64,000 nucleotides of DNA, taken from contig CBDFLE010000005.1 of assembly GCA_965248925.1 (NCBI GenBank), positions 1,376,001 to 1,440,000 of the forward strand, written 5' to 3'. Below, piece after piece: positions 41,623 through 52,293 of this stretch. Source of the DNA: Candidatus Multivoradales bacterium (GTDB lineage Bacteria > Acidobacteriota > Thermoanaerobaculia > Multivoradales > J023). Under the pieces are notes generated by a model. It was not told the DNA's origin and made no database searches. It saw only the letters and a list, made by a program, of their open reading frames with translations. Each line of letters begins with the position of its first letter. The stretch's first letter is position 1. A program made the translations under genes and the position numbers.

Positions 41623-42039
41623 TCAGAACTTGAACAGCGCGTCGAAGGCGGAGCGGGCTTCCGAGGGGGACATGTTGTCACGGCCGAACTCCTGCGCCCG
41701 CTTGGCTTTGAAAGCCTGGCATTCATTGGGCTTGGCCTTCGAAGCAACGTAGGGAATCGCTGACTCGCGGCACTCTCCAGGTGCCGACGGATCAAAAGAC
41801 GAGCAGTGGGTGCAGGTGTGAAGAGCAGCTTCGCAGGCGTGGCAAACAGCGTCCGGAGCCACTTTTTCGACGCTCTGCCGGGCGCCGCAGACAGCGCAGC
41901 GCAGAACGGAAACAGTTGGCTTGCCGAGCCCCCGTCCGCGTGGGCCGGTGGGCGCGTCCCGCCGACGGGGTGGACGATTTTGGCTGCGCTCCTCGCGCTG
42001 CCCCTCTTGGTAGCCTTGCTGGCCATATTTTCGTGCCAT
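41623..42039 (-). CDS. Conserved hypothetical Cys-rich (zinc-ribbon) protein
   Basis: CxxC..CxxC..HxCxxC..C..C pattern; C-terminal ARSAFDALFKF. Confidence 0.7.
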   Translation of the reverse strand: MARKYGQQGYQEGQREERSQNRPPRRRDAPTGPRGRGLGKPTVSVLRCAVCGARQSVEKVAPDAVCHACEAALHTCTHCSSFDPSAPGECRESAIPYVASKAKPNECQAFKAKRAQEFGRDNMSPSEARSAFDALFKF

Positions 42040-42114
42040 GACTCTTTTTATACCACGCCAGGTGGCTGTGCAAACCTGCGGGTGGCAGAGCAAACCTGCT
42101 AGCATCGCCAGCCG

Positions 42115-42948
42115 ATGGATCATCTAGTAGCAGAGTTGAAGCATGCCGTGCGGGCTTGGGACGAACGTGGCTGGCCACGGCCGCAAGTGATGCTGGTCGC
42201 CGGCTCGGGCCTGGGAAGCGAATTGGGAGATCCGATCGAGCCGCCTTGCCCGTGGTCGGAATTGCTGCCCTTTAGCGCCCGTGGCATCGAAGGGCACTCC
42301 CTGCAAGTCGAGCTGCTGCGCCCTGAAGGTGGACCGATAGTGCTCTACTCCCGAGGTCGTTTGCACGCCTATCAAGGATTCACACCGGCACAGGTGGTGT
42401 TTCCAGTGCGTTTGGCGGCTCTTCTCGGGGTGCAGGTCTTGCTGCTGACCAACTCAGCCGGCGGCCTGCGCAGCACTCAGCGTGCCGGCGATTTAGTGGT
42501 GCTGCGTGATCACCTCAACCTCACTGGCATGAACCCGCTTTGGGGCCGCTTCCCAGCCGCCTGGGGAACGCAATTCCCAGATATGAGTTCGGCCTACGAT
42601 CCACAGCTCCACTGTCTCATCTTGGCCACCGGCCAGAAACTCGGAGTGGCGCTCAGCGAAGGTATCTATGCCGGCGTCGGCGGTCCCAGCTACGAGACTC
42701 CCGCCGAAGTGCGGATGATCGGTCAAATGGGCGCTGATGTGGTCGGCATGTCGACGGTGCTGGAAGTCATCGCCGCCCACCACATGGGGGTGCGCTGTGC
42801 CGGCCTGTCATTCATCAGCAATTCTGCCGCCGGGGTCACCGACGAAGTGCTCGACCACGAAGATGTCTTGGAACGCGGCAAGCAGGCCGCCGGCAAGGTG
42901 CGCAAGCTACTCGCCGGAGTAGTCTCCCACCCCGACTTGCTGAGCTAA
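42115..42948 (+). CDS. punA: Purine nucleoside phosphorylase (trimeric type)
   Basis: GSGLG, GRLHAYQG, TNSAGG, GPSYETPAE, VGMSTV.E, HEDV. Confidence 0.92.
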   Translation: MDHLVAELKHAVRAWDERGWPRPQVMLVAGSGLGSELGDPIEPPCPWSELLPFSARGIEGHSLQVELLRPEGGPIVLYSRGRLHAYQGFTPAQVVFPVRLAALLGVQVLLLTNSAGGLRSTQRAGDLVVLRDHLNLTGMNPLWGRFPAAWGTQFPDMSSAYDPQLHCLILATGQKLGVALSEGIYAGVGGPSYETPAEVRMIGQMGADVVGMSTVLEVIAAHHMGVRCAGLSFISNSAAGVTDEVLDHEDVLERGKQAAGKVRKLLAGVVSHPDLLS

Positions 42949-43929
42949 TTATCCCGCCGCCGCCAGGGCCTCGTTGAGCGCCGGGATGATCTCGTGCAGA
43001 TCGCCCACTAGGCCATAGTGAGAAACGGTGAAGATCGGTGCGGAGGCATCCTTGTTGATCGCCACCACACAGCCCGAGGCCTTCATACCCACCAGGTGCT
43101 GGATGGCGCCGCTAATACCCACCGCCAGGTAGAGTTTCGGCGCCACGGTCTGGCCGCTGGAGCCGATCTGCCGGTCGCGGGGCAGCCATCCATTGTCGAT
43201 CACCGGCCGGCTAGCACCGAGGTCAGCCCCCAGATGCGCGGCGAGCTTTTCGAGCGGCTCCAGCTTCTCAGGACCGCCCACTCCACGACCCACGGCGACG
43301 ATAATCTCGGCCTTGCTCAGGTCGATCTGGTCGCCGCTCACCTGCTCGACGCCAAGAATCTCGCGATCGACCGCTGCTGCTCCCGCGGCGGGCAAGAGAC
43401 TGACCGACGACGAACCCGCGACCACCTTGTCGGCCGGGAAGGCACCCGACTGCACCGACAGCAGCACCGTGCCCGCGCCTTTGACTCGCACCTTGGCTTG
43501 CAATTTGCCCCCCATAACCGGCCGTCGCCACACCATGCCTTCGGCGCTGGACTCGAAGTCGGTCACCTCCGGCACCAACGCCGCCGCCAACTCTTGAGCC
43601 AAGCGCGGCACGTAGTCGACCGACTGATAGCTGTGGGGAAAGACCACATAGGCCGGCTGCGCGGCGGCGATGGCCGGCCGCAGAGCACCGATGTAGGCAC
43701 CCGGAGTGTAGACGGCGAAATCACTACCTTCGACGGTGTAGACCGCCGCCAGATCGAGGCCGGCCAGGTCGGCGGCAGCGGCGGCGACATCGCCGCCGAG
43801 TACCACCGCAGAAGCGCGACCTGCCACCGCGGCGGCTAGCCTTTGACCGGCGCTGATCGCTTCGCGAGCATTGCGCGGCAGCTGCCCTTGCCGCGGTTGG
43901 AGAACCACCCACACATCTTGGTTTTGCAT
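42949..43929 (-). CDS. etfA: Electron transfer flavoprotein alpha subunit
   Basis: [37 protein letters not shown]. Confidence 0.96.
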   Translation of the reverse strand: MQNQDVWVVLQPRQGQLPRNAREAISAGQRLAAAVAGRASAVVLGGDVAAAAADLAGLDLAAVYTVEGSDFAVYTPGAYIGALRPAIAAAQPAYVVFPHSYQSVDYVPRLAQELAAALVPEVTDFESSAEGMVWRRPVMGGKLQAKVRVKGAGTVLLSVQSGAFPADKVVAGSSSVSLLPAAGAAAVDREILGVEQVSGDQIDLSKAEIIVAVGRGVGGPEKLEPLEKLAAHLGADLGASRPVIDNGWLPRDRQIGSSGQTVAPKLYLAVGISGAIQHLVGMKASGCVVAINKDASAPIFTVSHYGLVGDLHEIIPALNEALAAAG

Positions 43930-44723
43930 CACAGCACCCTCGCTTCATTGCGCAGCTTCTCGACCAGAGTCTTGGCCATGGTGACGGCATCGCCATCGAG
44001 CATCTGCGCCCCCTCGGCACTGGATGGCAAGCTGACTTCGAGCACTTCGAGACGTGAACCGGCGGCGCCTATGGACTCGGCATCGAGCCCTAGATCTGCC
44101 GGTGTCGGCATGTCGACCGGCTTCTTCTTGGCTTTCATGATGCCTTTGAGCGAAGCATAACGCGGATGGTTGATACCGGCCTGCACCTCAAGCACCGCCG
44201 GCAGCTGCAAGCGGAAGACCTCGTTCATGCCACTCTCCATCTCTCGCGTCACCTTGGCGCTGGCGGCGCCTCGGTCGATTTCGACCCCCATCACCAACCA
44301 AGCGTGGGGCCACCCTAGGTGGCCAGCCACCACCGAGCCAGTGGCGCCGAAGCCAGCATCGTCAGATTGCGAGCCGGTTAACACTAAGTCGACCTCCTCG
44401 CGCGCCACCGCCGCCGCCAAGGCCCTGCCGGTGGCCAAGGCATCGCCACCTTGAAAGGCATCGTCGAGCAGATGCACGGCACGCGCGGCACCCAGCGCCA
44501 ATGCCTTGCGCAAGGCTTCTTTTACCCGCGCCGGACCGAGACTGAAGACGATCACCTCGCCGTCGCTGGCCTCGGCGAGGCGTAGCCCTTCTTCGAGGGC
44601 ATAACTGTCACTCTCATTGATGACGAAAGGAAGGTCGTCTTCATCGACCCAGCGACCGTCCTTGGATATCCTCAGGCGCGCCTCCGTATCGGGCACCTGC
44701 TTGATGCACACCGCAACTCGCAT
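43929..44723 (-). CDS. etfB: Electron transfer flavoprotein beta subunit
   Basis: VCIKQVPD, ALEEGLRL, PRYASLKGIMKAKKK. Confidence 0.96.
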   Translation of the reverse strand: MRVAVCIKQVPDTEARLRISKDGRWVDEDDLPFVINESDSYALEEGLRLAEASDGEVIVFSLGPARVKEALRKALALGAARAVHLLDDAFQGGDALATGRALAAAVAREEVDLVLTGSQSDDAGFGATGSVVAGHLGWPHAWLVMGVEIDRGAASAKVTREMESGMNEVFRLQLPAVLEVQAGINHPRYASLKGIMKAKKKPVDMPTPADLGLDAESIGAAGSRLEVLEVSLPSSAEGAQMLDGDAVTMAKTLVEKLRNEARVL

Positions 44724-45032
44724 GCTCGCTTCTCCTCACCAGCCCCCGAGCTGCCACTCGAAGCGGCCCGGCGGCGACATTGTGGATCTTGGCTCTAGGG
44801 GTTTAGAATTCCTGACGGGTCGGACCCGCACGGCTATGGCGCGGTTCCGATCCGCGGGCCGGACAGGATAATATCACGCTGCATCCACACCCGGACAGCG
44901 GCTCTCGACCCGCCGCCTCGGCCGCGCTCAGACCAAGACCATCTGCCATGAAGCAACTCGAGCCCCCACCGCCCGCCATGCCGCAAGCACTCGCGCCGGC
45001 GGCAGATAGAGTGGGGCTTTCAAGGAGCATTG

Positions 45033-45764
45033 ATGATTGCCCGGACCCTTCTGTTCCCGGCCCAGGTGCCAGCCGAGTCGGGACTCGACATTGTCGGCCT
45101 GTTTCTCGAATCAGGCCCGATGGCCAAGATCGTCTTCGCCATCCTGGCGTTCATGTCGGTGACCTCCTGGGCGATCATGTTCAGCAAGTACTTGCAGTAC
45201 CGGCGTGCCGCCGCGCATAGCGAGAAATTCCTCGAAGTCTTCCGCCGCTCGAAGCGCTTCAGCGAGGTCAACGCCGTCGCCAGCCAACTCGCCGGCACAC
45301 CGATGGTGGGCCTGTTTCAGGCCGGCTATGCTGAGGTTGACGCGCAGATCAAGGCTGCTCGGCCCAAGTCCGAGGAAACCACCTCGGGGCAATATCGGGT
45401 GAAATCTCTCGACGGTGTCGAACGCAGCCTGCGGCGGGGGATCGGCGTCGAAAGCGCGGTGCTGGCCAAAGGCACCGCTTTTCTGGCCACCACGGCCGGC
45501 GCGGCGCCATTCATCGGCCTTTTTGGCACCGTCTGGGGCATCATGGTGGCCTTCGTCAACATCGGTGCCACCGGCTCGACCTCGATCGCCGCCGTCGCCC
45601 CAGGTATCGCCGAAGCTCTGATCAACACCGCCGGCGGCCTGGCAGCGGCGATTCCAGCACTGATGGGTTACAACTATTTCGGCTACCGGCTGCGCCAGAT
45701 GCGCAGTCAAATGCAAGATTTTGTGCTCGAATTCATGAACCTCACCGAGCGCAACTTCACCTGA
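45033..45764 (+). CDS. tolQ: TolQ (MotA/TolQ/ExbB family)
   Basis: APFIGLFGTVWGIM, VAPGIAEAL; first gene of the tol-pal cluster. Confidence 0.93.
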   Translation: MIARTLLFPAQVPAESGLDIVGLFLESGPMAKIVFAILAFMSVTSWAIMFSKYLQYRRAAAHSEKFLEVFRRSKRFSEVNAVASQLAGTPMVGLFQAGYAEVDAQIKAARPKSEETTSGQYRVKSLDGVERSLRRGIGVESAVLAKGTAFLATTAGAAPFIGLFGTVWGIMVAFVNIGATGSTSIAAVAPGIAEALINTAGGLAAAIPALMGYNYFGYRLRQMRSQMQDFVLEFMNLTERNFT

Positions 45765-45795
45765 GCCCTGAATCTCAAGCAAGGAGGCAAGAGCT

Positions 45796-46224
45796 ATGTC
45801 GATGCTGATCGGTGGTGAGTTCGAAGAAGATTCTCCGATGGCGGAGATCAACGTCACCCCCCTGGTGGATGTCATGCTAGTGCTGCTGATCATCTTCATG
45901 ATCACGGCACCGATGTTGCACCAGGGAGTGGAAGTCGCCCTACCTCGAACCGAGACGGCGGCGACTATCCAGCAGCGAGTCGACGACCCGCTGATTCTGA
46001 CCCTGCGCACCGACGGCCTGGTCTATATTCGCTCGCAGCCGGTGCATCCCTCCAAGCTGGTCGAGAGCCTGCAGCGGCTGCTCGCCGACCAGGCGGAGAA
46101 GCAGGTCTACATCAAGGGCGACCGCAATTTGCTCTATGGCGAGTTCATCCACATCATCGACCTGCTGCACCAGGGCGGCATCCTGCACATCGGCCTGGTC
46201 ACCGAGAAGATCATAAAGGGCTGA
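45796..46224 (+). CDS. tolR: TolR/ExbD
   Basis: EINVTPLVDVMLVLLIIFMITAP. Confidence 0.92.
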   Translation: MSMLIGGEFEEDSPMAEINVTPLVDVMLVLLIIFMITAPMLHQGVEVALPRTETAATIQQRVDDPLILTLRTDGLVYIRSQPVHPSKLVESLQRLLADQAEKQVYIKGDRNLLYGEFIHIIDLLHQGGILHIGLVTEKIIKG

Positions 46225-46233
46225 TAGAGCGAT

Positions 46234-46998
46234 ATGCCGAGTCCAGTCGATCAGGTGCTCGACGCCCGAATGCGTCTCTTCACCCCCCGCCAGCGAGGTC
46301 TGTTCGCCTTCACTTCGGCGGTGCTTCACGGCGCCTTGGTGATCGGCATTTGGCTCGGCCCCAGGCTGTCCGCCAAGCCCCCAGAGAAGCTGAATGTCGT
46401 CGCTATCGTGTCGATCCCAGCGAGCCGCCTGGGGCGGGAGACGCCGCCACCGCCGCCGCCCAAGAAGGTTGAAAAGCCGCGCCAGGAGGTGCCACCACCG
46501 ACGCCAGAAAAGCGCCAACAGCCGCCACCGGTCGACGACGACGTCCCGGTGCTAGCGAAAAAGAAGCCCAAGAAACAGGCCACCCCGCCAGCGCAAGAAC
46601 CGGCCAAGCCGGCGCCCGCACCGCCGCAAGAGCGCAAGATCCAACAACCGGCTCAGCGCCGTGGCACTGCTACCGGCAATCCCCTCGGCACCTCGGTGCA
46701 TAAGAATCGTCTCGGCGTGGAGGATCCCAACTTCACCTACGGCTACTACTTGGACCTGGTGGTGGCAGCATTGCGCGACACCTGGAATCGGCCGGCGGTG
46801 GGCAGCGAGTTCAAGCAAGCGATCATCCACCTGCGGATTCTGCGCGATGGCACTATCACTGAAGTACAGCTACTGGAATCCAGTGGCTCGCCGATCTACG
46901 ACCAAGCCGCGCTCAGAGCGGTGAATAACGCCACCCTGCCCCCTCTGCCGCGAGGTTACAAAGAGGATAACCTGGGTGCCAACGTAATCATCCGATGA
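46234..46998 (+). CDS. tolA: TolA/TonB-like energy transducer
   Basis: N-terminal TM with SxxxH, Pro-rich linker, TonB_C domain (SSG..YDQAALRAV). Confidence 0.8.
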   Translation: MPSPVDQVLDARMRLFTPRQRGLFAFTSAVLHGALVIGIWLGPRLSAKPPEKLNVVAIVSIPASRLGRETPPPPPPKKVEKPRQEVPPPTPEKRQQPPPVDDDVPVLAKKKPKKQATPPAQEPAKPAPAPPQERKIQQPAQRRGTATGNPLGTSVHKNRLGVEDPNFTYGYYLDLVVAALRDTWNRPAVGSEFKQAIIHLRILRDGTITEVQLLESSGSPIYDQAALRAVNNATLPPLPRGYKEDNLGANVIIR

Positions 46999-48449
46999 AT
47001 CGATCCGCAGCTAGTTTCCCCACGCCGGGGCCCGCGGGCCCTTTCCGTCGATCAGCCAATGACGAGGCCATGAGCAAGCACTCCCACCCATCCGTTCATC
47101 ACCGGTCGCTCACGCGGTCGATCGCCCCTCTGACTCTCTTGGCCCTGCTGACCAGCGCGGCGCTAGCGCCGCTGCTGGCCCAGACAGCCGGCAACGGCAC
47201 TGATAGAACTGCTAGAGATGTCACCCTCCTGGTCGAAGATGGCATGCAGAAGCGCATTCCGATGGCCTTCCCGGCACCGGTGCTCGACCCGACCCTGAGT
47301 GGGGCGCTCGCCGAAGCAGCTCGTGAGGCCGCCGACACCCTGCGCGACGATCTCGAAGAAGCTCGGGTGTTCAACATTCAGGGACCGACCGAACTCTCGG
47401 TACTGCAGCTGACTGGCAACCGAACCCACGACTTCGAGCTCTACCACTCGCTCGGCAACGCCATTCTGCTCCTGGTCAAGCTGCTGCCGGACGGTGACAA
47501 GCTGGTCCTTGAGGGCCGCATGTACGACCTCCCCTCCGGCCAGTCGATCACCGGCAAGAGCTACCGTGGTCTGGTCGATCAAGCACGGCGGATCGCCCAC
47601 CGAGTAGCTGACGAGATTCACCTCCAATTCACCGGCAGACCGGGCATCGCCCAAACCACCGTCGTTTTCCATTCCGATCGCAGTGGCCACACCGAGCTGT
47701 TCCTGATGGACTACGACGGCCGCAACCAACGGCAGATCACCGGCCACCGGTCGACCAGCGTTTATGCCGAATGGAGCCCGATCGGCGACAGAATCGCCTA
47801 TTTATCCTACTTTTCCGGCAAGCCGGCAATCTACTACGTCGACCTCGCCACCAGCCAGAAAGTGCCGATCTACAACGGCGGCAGTCTGAGCCTGTCGCCG
47901 ACCTTCTCTCCCGAGGGACGGCGGGTGGCCTTCTCCCACACTGAGCGTGTCGACATGGACATCTTCGTTTGCGACCGCCCATGCACGAAACCCGTCCGGC
48001 TGACCAAATCGCGGGGAATCGACACCAACCCGTCGTGGAGTCCCAGCGGCCAGAAAATCGCTTTCACCTCCGACCGCTCCGGCCGTCCCAACATCTACTA
48101 CATGAATGCCGATGGCCGCCAAGTGCAGCGCCTCTCCTTTGACGGCGAGTACAACGACGGAGCAACCTGGCGCCCCGACGGTGCGCAGATCGCCTACGCC
48201 AGCCGTCGCCATGGCAAATTTCAGATCGTTACCACCGACCTGGTGGGACTGAAGACTCGAGTGTTGACCCATGGCACCCAGAATCACGAGAGCCCGAGCT
48301 ACTCACCCGACGGCCAGCGGATCGCTTTTACCATCCAGCGTAGCGGCCAGACCCAGGTCTACGTGATGGATCTCAACGGCGGGAACCGGCGCCAGCTGAC
48401 CCACGAAGGCAAGAATTTCGCCCCCGATTGGTCTCCCTACCCACGGTAA
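46995..48449 (+). CDS. tolB: Tol-Pal beta-propeller protein TolB
   Basis: TolB_N AHRVADEI..FTG.PG; PD40 repeats WSP.G..IAFTSDRSG. Confidence 0.93.
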   Translation: MNRSAASFPTPGPAGPFRRSANDEAMSKHSHPSVHHRSLTRSIAPLTLLALLTSAALAPLLAQTAGNGTDRTARDVTLLVEDGMQKRIPMAFPAPVLDPTLSGALAEAAREAADTLRDDLEEARVFNIQGPTELSVLQLTGNRTHDFELYHSLGNAILLLVKLLPDGDKLVLEGRMYDLPSGQSITGKSYRGLVDQARRIAHRVADEIHLQFTGRPGIAQTTVVFHSDRSGHTELFLMDYDGRNQRQITGHRSTSVYAEWSPIGDRIAYLSYFSGKPAIYYVDLATSQKVPIYNGGSLSLSPTFSPEGRRVAFSHTERVDMDIFVCDRPCTKPVRLTKSRGIDTNPSWSPSGQKIAFTSDRSGRPNIYYMNADGRQVQRLSFDGEYNDGATWRPDGAQIAYASRRHGKFQIVTTDLVGLKTRVLTHGTQNHESPSYSPDGQRIAFTIQRSGQTQVYVMDLNGGNRRQLTHEGKNFAPDWSPYPR

Positions 48450-48602
48450 ACGGCGAAAGAACTCGGGACACGTTGGCTTGGCAGCACTCGGTGGTGTAGG
48501 GAAAGACCGCATCGAGGCTTGCTGCCAACCCCCGATCTCTGTTAGATTCAGCGTTGGTTCGAACTTTGCAAAGTCTTGAAAAAACGGAGGTCGGCGATAG
48601 CG

Positions 48603-49187
48603 ATGAAAGTGGATCGTAAGTGGGCGATTTTGATCACCCTAATCACCTGTCTAGTTCTTGTCGCGGCTTGCGGCGGCAATAAAGCCGACCCGGTTGTGAC
48701 ACCACCTCCGGCAGAGACCATGGTCTCGACGCCACCGGCCGATATCGAACCAACCCCTACCCCGGGCGCAGCTTCTGACCCGGTGGAAGAACCGCCGTCG
48801 ATGAGCATCCGGGATGCGCAAGAGCTTTTCGAAGGCCAAGGCTTGATCGGCGATGTCTTCTTCAGCCTCGATCAATATGATCTCGGAACCAACGCCCGCA
48901 ATCGCCTGGCGAAGAATGCCGAGTTCATGAAGAGCGAAAAAGGGCAAGACTTCACCTTCACTGTCGAGGGTCATTGCGACGAGCGCGGCACCAACGAGTA
49001 CAACATCGCCCTCGGCCAGCGCCGTGGTTCTGGTGCACTCGACTACTTGGTCAGCCTCGGCATCGACCGTGGCCGCTTCCGCGTGGTCAGCTTCGGTGAG
49101 GAGCGCCCCTTCTGCACGACGAGCAGCGATGCCTGCTGGCAGAAGAATCGCCGCGCCCGGTTCGTGATTACTGGCGGCAACGGCTGA
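48603..49187 (+). CDS. pal: Peptidoglycan-associated lipoprotein
   Basis: Lipobox VAAC; EGHCDERGTNEYNIALGQRR, SFGEERP, NRR. Confidence 0.95.
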   Translation: MKVDRKWAILITLITCLVLVAACGGNKADPVVTPPPAETMVSTPPADIEPTPTPGAASDPVEEPPSMSIRDAQELFEGQGLIGDVFFSLDQYDLGTNARNRLAKNAEFMKSEKGQDFTFTVEGHCDERGTNEYNIALGQRRGSGALDYLVSLGIDRGRFRVVSFGEERPFCTTSSDACWQKNRRARFVITGGNG

Positions 49188-49320
49188 TTCAACAACTGAT
49201 CGTGGATCGAGGTGGGCGGAGCTTGCTCCGTCCGCTTTCTTGCGTTCTCCCACCTGGGCACCTCTACTCACCTTCCCCTCAGTTCCCCGCCGCTGACTCC
49301 TCGTATCGGATCGCCGTAAG

Positions 49321-50139
49321 ATGATCGCCCTCGACTTGAGGCTCCTGCAGAAGCCACACCTCTGGTGCTTGATCTTGGTGCTACTGCTGACCGCCTGCAC
49401 CGCGTCCACCGAACTGCAAACCCTCGACGGTCATCTGACCGAATTGCAGGTCGAGATTCTCAAACTGCAGAAAGAAAACGCCGACAAGGCCAGCATCGAG
49501 CGGCTCGGTGAGCGGCTCAGCGGGCAACTCGACTTGTTGATCAAAGCACGGGCCGGCGCTGCGCTCGATTTGCGCGCGCTACAGGCCGGGATCGAACAGC
49601 TCGACGCCAAGCTCGAAGACACCAACTTTCGGCTCGCTCAGCTAAGCCAGGAAGTCACGGCCACCGGCCAGGAGCTGCGGGCATTGCGCCTTAGCCGTGA
49701 ACAGCGGTTTCAGCCTCCTCCAGCCCCAACACCCCAGACCATGGACCCGGCTGAGCCGCAGACCTTGTACGACAACGCCTACGCCGACTATCAACGCGGC
49801 AACTACGACCTGGCGATCCTCGGCTTTCTCAATTTCTTGGAAGTGATGGCCGACTCCGAGCAAGCCGACAATGCCACCTACTGGATCGGCGAGTGCTTCT
49901 ACCGGCAGCGCAAATTTCAGCAAGCGGTCGACCAATTCGACCAGGTGCTCACCCGTTTCACCGCCAGCGACCGGATGCCGAGTGCGCTGTTGAAAAAGGG
50001 CTACGCCTACCTCGAGCTCGGCCAAAGGTCGCAGGGGGTGGTGCAGTTGCAAAGCGTGGTCTGCGAGCATCAAGACACCGATGAAGCCCACCTGGCCCGG
50101 CAACGCTTGAGCGCCCTGGGGATTGACGTCGACTGCTGA
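49321..50139 (+). CDS. cpoB: Tol-Pal system protein CpoB/YbgF
   Basis: Coiled coil plus TPR (DNATYWIGECFY, ALLKKG), downstream of pal. Confidence 0.88.
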   Translation: MIALDLRLLQKPHLWCLILVLLLTACTASTELQTLDGHLTELQVEILKLQKENADKASIERLGERLSGQLDLLIKARAGAALDLRALQAGIEQLDAKLEDTNFRLAQLSQEVTATGQELRALRLSREQRFQPPPAPTPQTMDPAEPQTLYDNAYADYQRGNYDLAILGFLNFLEVMADSEQADNATYWIGECFYRQRKFQQAVDQFDQVLTRFTASDRMPSALLKKGYAYLELGQRSQGVVQLQSVVCEHQDTDEAHLARQRLSALGIDVDC

Positions 50140-50311
50140 ACATCTTAGACTCCGTCCTTCTGCGGCGGCGCGCTTATGCCCGCCGAAAAAGCTCGTCTCG
50201 GCCCGGCACCCTACTTCTCCGGCGAAGCACATTGTTTCGACAGGCCGCTCATCCACAAGCTGCCCGTGGGGTCCGCGTCAGTATCAACGAATTCGAGGTT
50301 CCGACTAGATC

Positions 50312-50578
50312 ATGGCCAACATAAAGTCAGCTAAGAAAAGAGCCCTGCAGGCGACGGTTCGTCAGCAGCGCAACCGCTCTTACCGCACGCGCATGCGTAC
50401 CGCCATCAAACGGCTGCGCAGCGCGGTCGCCGAAGGCGATCAGAAGACCGCCCAGAGCTTGCTCAACGGCACTTGCAGCATCATCGACTCAACGGCTCAG
50501 AAGGGCGTGATCCACGCCAACGTGGCAGCACGCACCAAGTCGCGGCTGACCCGCGCCGTCACCGCCCTGTCGGCCTGA
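50312..50578 (+). CDS. rpsT: 30S ribosomal protein S20
   Basis: MANIKSAKKR..KGVIHANVAARTKSRL. Confidence 0.97.
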   Translation: MANIKSAKKRALQATVRQQRNRSYRTRMRTAIKRLRSAVAEGDQKTAQSLLNGTCSIIDSTAQKGVIHANVAARTKSRLTRAVTALSA

Positions 50579-50616
50579 TCAGGTCGCGCCTAGGATTGGA
50601 GAGGCTGCAACAGCCT

Positions 50617-50643
50617 GAGGGCGCACAACCGTGCGCCCCATCG
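50617..50643 (-). repeat. Degenerate copy of the REP-like palindrome
   Basis: GAGGGCGCAC-AACC-GTGCGCCCCATCG versus GAGGGCGCAC-GCC-GTGCGCCCCTACG; lies between convergent rpsT and lptE. Confidence 0.7.
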
Positions 50644-50683
50644 TAAAAACCGTCAGAAAAAATGGCCCAGAGGGGCGGCTGGC

Positions 50684-51232
50684 TTAGAAGCCTTCCAGGA
50701 GATCGGTCACTAGGGTTTCGGCAAAGCGCTCCGCAGTGTCCTCAATGGCCTGGGTCTCGCGGTCGAAGTCGCTCAGCCCGCCACCCTGCAATGGGTAGTC
50801 TTGGCGGAAGCTATAGCGCGAGTTGGACCAGATCACCTCGCCTTCGTCCTCGCCCGGCGCCGGCACCCGAGCGAACTCCATATCAGCCTTGATCTCGATT
50901 TCGAAGTTGTCCGCCAGGCCGTTGCTATCGAAGGAGATCGGCCTGAGCTTGAGGTTGATCACTTTGCCACGCAGGACAGCATCGGCTCCCGCCGCGCTAT
51001 TCACCAGGTCAAACCGGCGGCGGATGATCAACTCGTCGGAAATCGCCTGGGTGAGAATCTGCTCGATCTGAGATCGCTGGGTGCCATTCTCTAGCGACTC
51101 GACAAAGACCTGGCGAATATCTTCGGGCAGGTTGTTACCTCGCCCGACCAAGGCATAGCCACAGCCCCCCAGGGTCAATAGGCCACAGGCTAGTACCAGC
51201 ATCGCCACAACTCGGCGAGAGATGTTGATCAT
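50684..51232 (-). CDS. lptE: LPS assembly lipoprotein LptE family
   Basis: Lipobox LGGCGY, ADAVLRGKV, C-terminal LLEGF; position near rpsT. Confidence 0.8.
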   Translation of the reverse strand: MINISRRVVAMLVLACGLLTLGGCGYALVGRGNNLPEDIRQVFVESLENGTQRSQIEQILTQAISDELIIRRRFDLVNSAAGADAVLRGKVINLKLRPISFDSNGLADNFEIEIKADMEFARVPAPGEDEGEVIWSNSRYSFRQDYPLQGGGLSDFDRETQAIEDTAERFAETLVTDLLEGF

Positions 51233-52287
51233 GACTTCCTCCGTTTCGATGGATGATGACGGTCACCCTCAAGCGCCGCAATCGGTAGTAGCAGCGCCTT
51301 GTGAATTCGATCGGGCATTTCTACCGACCGCTCTACAACCGGGCGTCCCGGTAGCAGCAATCGCAGCAAATAGCTGCCCGGCTCAAGCCCCAGGAAGGTG
51401 GTGGCACCGTCGATCAGCTGATGGGAGCGGCGCGCTGAATCGCCTTCTAGGACGGCCAAGCCGCGACCTAGCCCCTCGATTTCGACTCGCAGGGCGCCCG
51501 CCAACTGCCGCGACGAATTGCGCCGCGCCCGCACCCCGGGTACCGCCGTGGGATAGAGATCGACCACCCGCAGGCGATCTTCGTGGGCGAGCAGCAAACC
51601 CGCCCCTGGACGATCGCCGAGCAGCTGCTCGCTGGCCAGGCGGACGTAGGTTGCCGGCACATAGTGATGGTAAGTCAGCGGGTCGCTGAAGACCCAGCCG
51701 CGGTCCCCCATATCGACTTCAATCCAGCGGTGATAACCGATCGGGATGCGGCCCGTTTCCGCGGCGACCACAAACCCGGCTACTTCACGAGCAGGAATCT
51801 CTACCGCTGTCAGCAAGGCCACGGTGAGCCTAGCCACGCCGGTGCAGTAGCCACTGCGGCGCTGGAGCACCGCCGCGGCATCTTGGGGCACCGCCCGGTC
51901 TAGCTGATAGTCGATGTTGCCCGCGATCCAACCCAGAATCCGCGACACCGCGGCATAGCGGGAGCGGCTGCCATGGGTTAATGCCAGAGCCAGGCGGTTC
52001 ACCGGAGCCCGAGGCTCGTCGAGCTTCGGAGTGACGAAGGACTCGCTGCTGTCGAGCGCTGAAACCGCAACCTCGATGGTGATTTCTCCAGCCGCCATCG
52101 ACAGGCGGTAGCCGGTATTTTGGTAGGGCTCTACCGATGCCTCCCGAGGAGGCAGAATTCGCGTCCGGTCCAGCCCCTCGACCGCCGCCCCGCCAGCCAG
52201 CAGCGGGGTGGCGCCGGCAACCAGCAACAACGCCACCAGGCCGACAACCAGCCCCTGACGGCCAACCCTTGGCTCAGCTATTCGCAC
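51229..52287 (-). CDS. Exported transglutaminase-like domain protein
   Basis: Signal peptide; triad motifs GYCTG, HRWIEV, WVFSDP. Confidence 0.8.
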   Translation of the reverse strand: MRIAEPRVGRQGLVVGLVALLLVAGATPLLAGGAAVEGLDRTRILPPREASVEPYQNTGYRLSMAAGEITIEVAVSALDSSESFVTPKLDEPRAPVNRLALALTHGSRSRYAAVSRILGWIAGNIDYQLDRAVPQDAAAVLQRRSGYCTGVARLTVALLTAVEIPAREVAGFVVAAETGRIPIGYHRWIEVDMGDRGWVFSDPLTYHHYVPATYVRLASEQLLGDRPGAGLLLAHEDRLRVVDLYPTAVPGVRARRNSSRQLAGALRVEIEGLGRGLAVLEGDSARRSHQLIDGATTFLGLEPGSYLLRLLLPGRPVVERSVEMPDRIHKALLLPIAALEGDRHHPSKRRKS

Positions 52288-52293
52288 TTCTGC

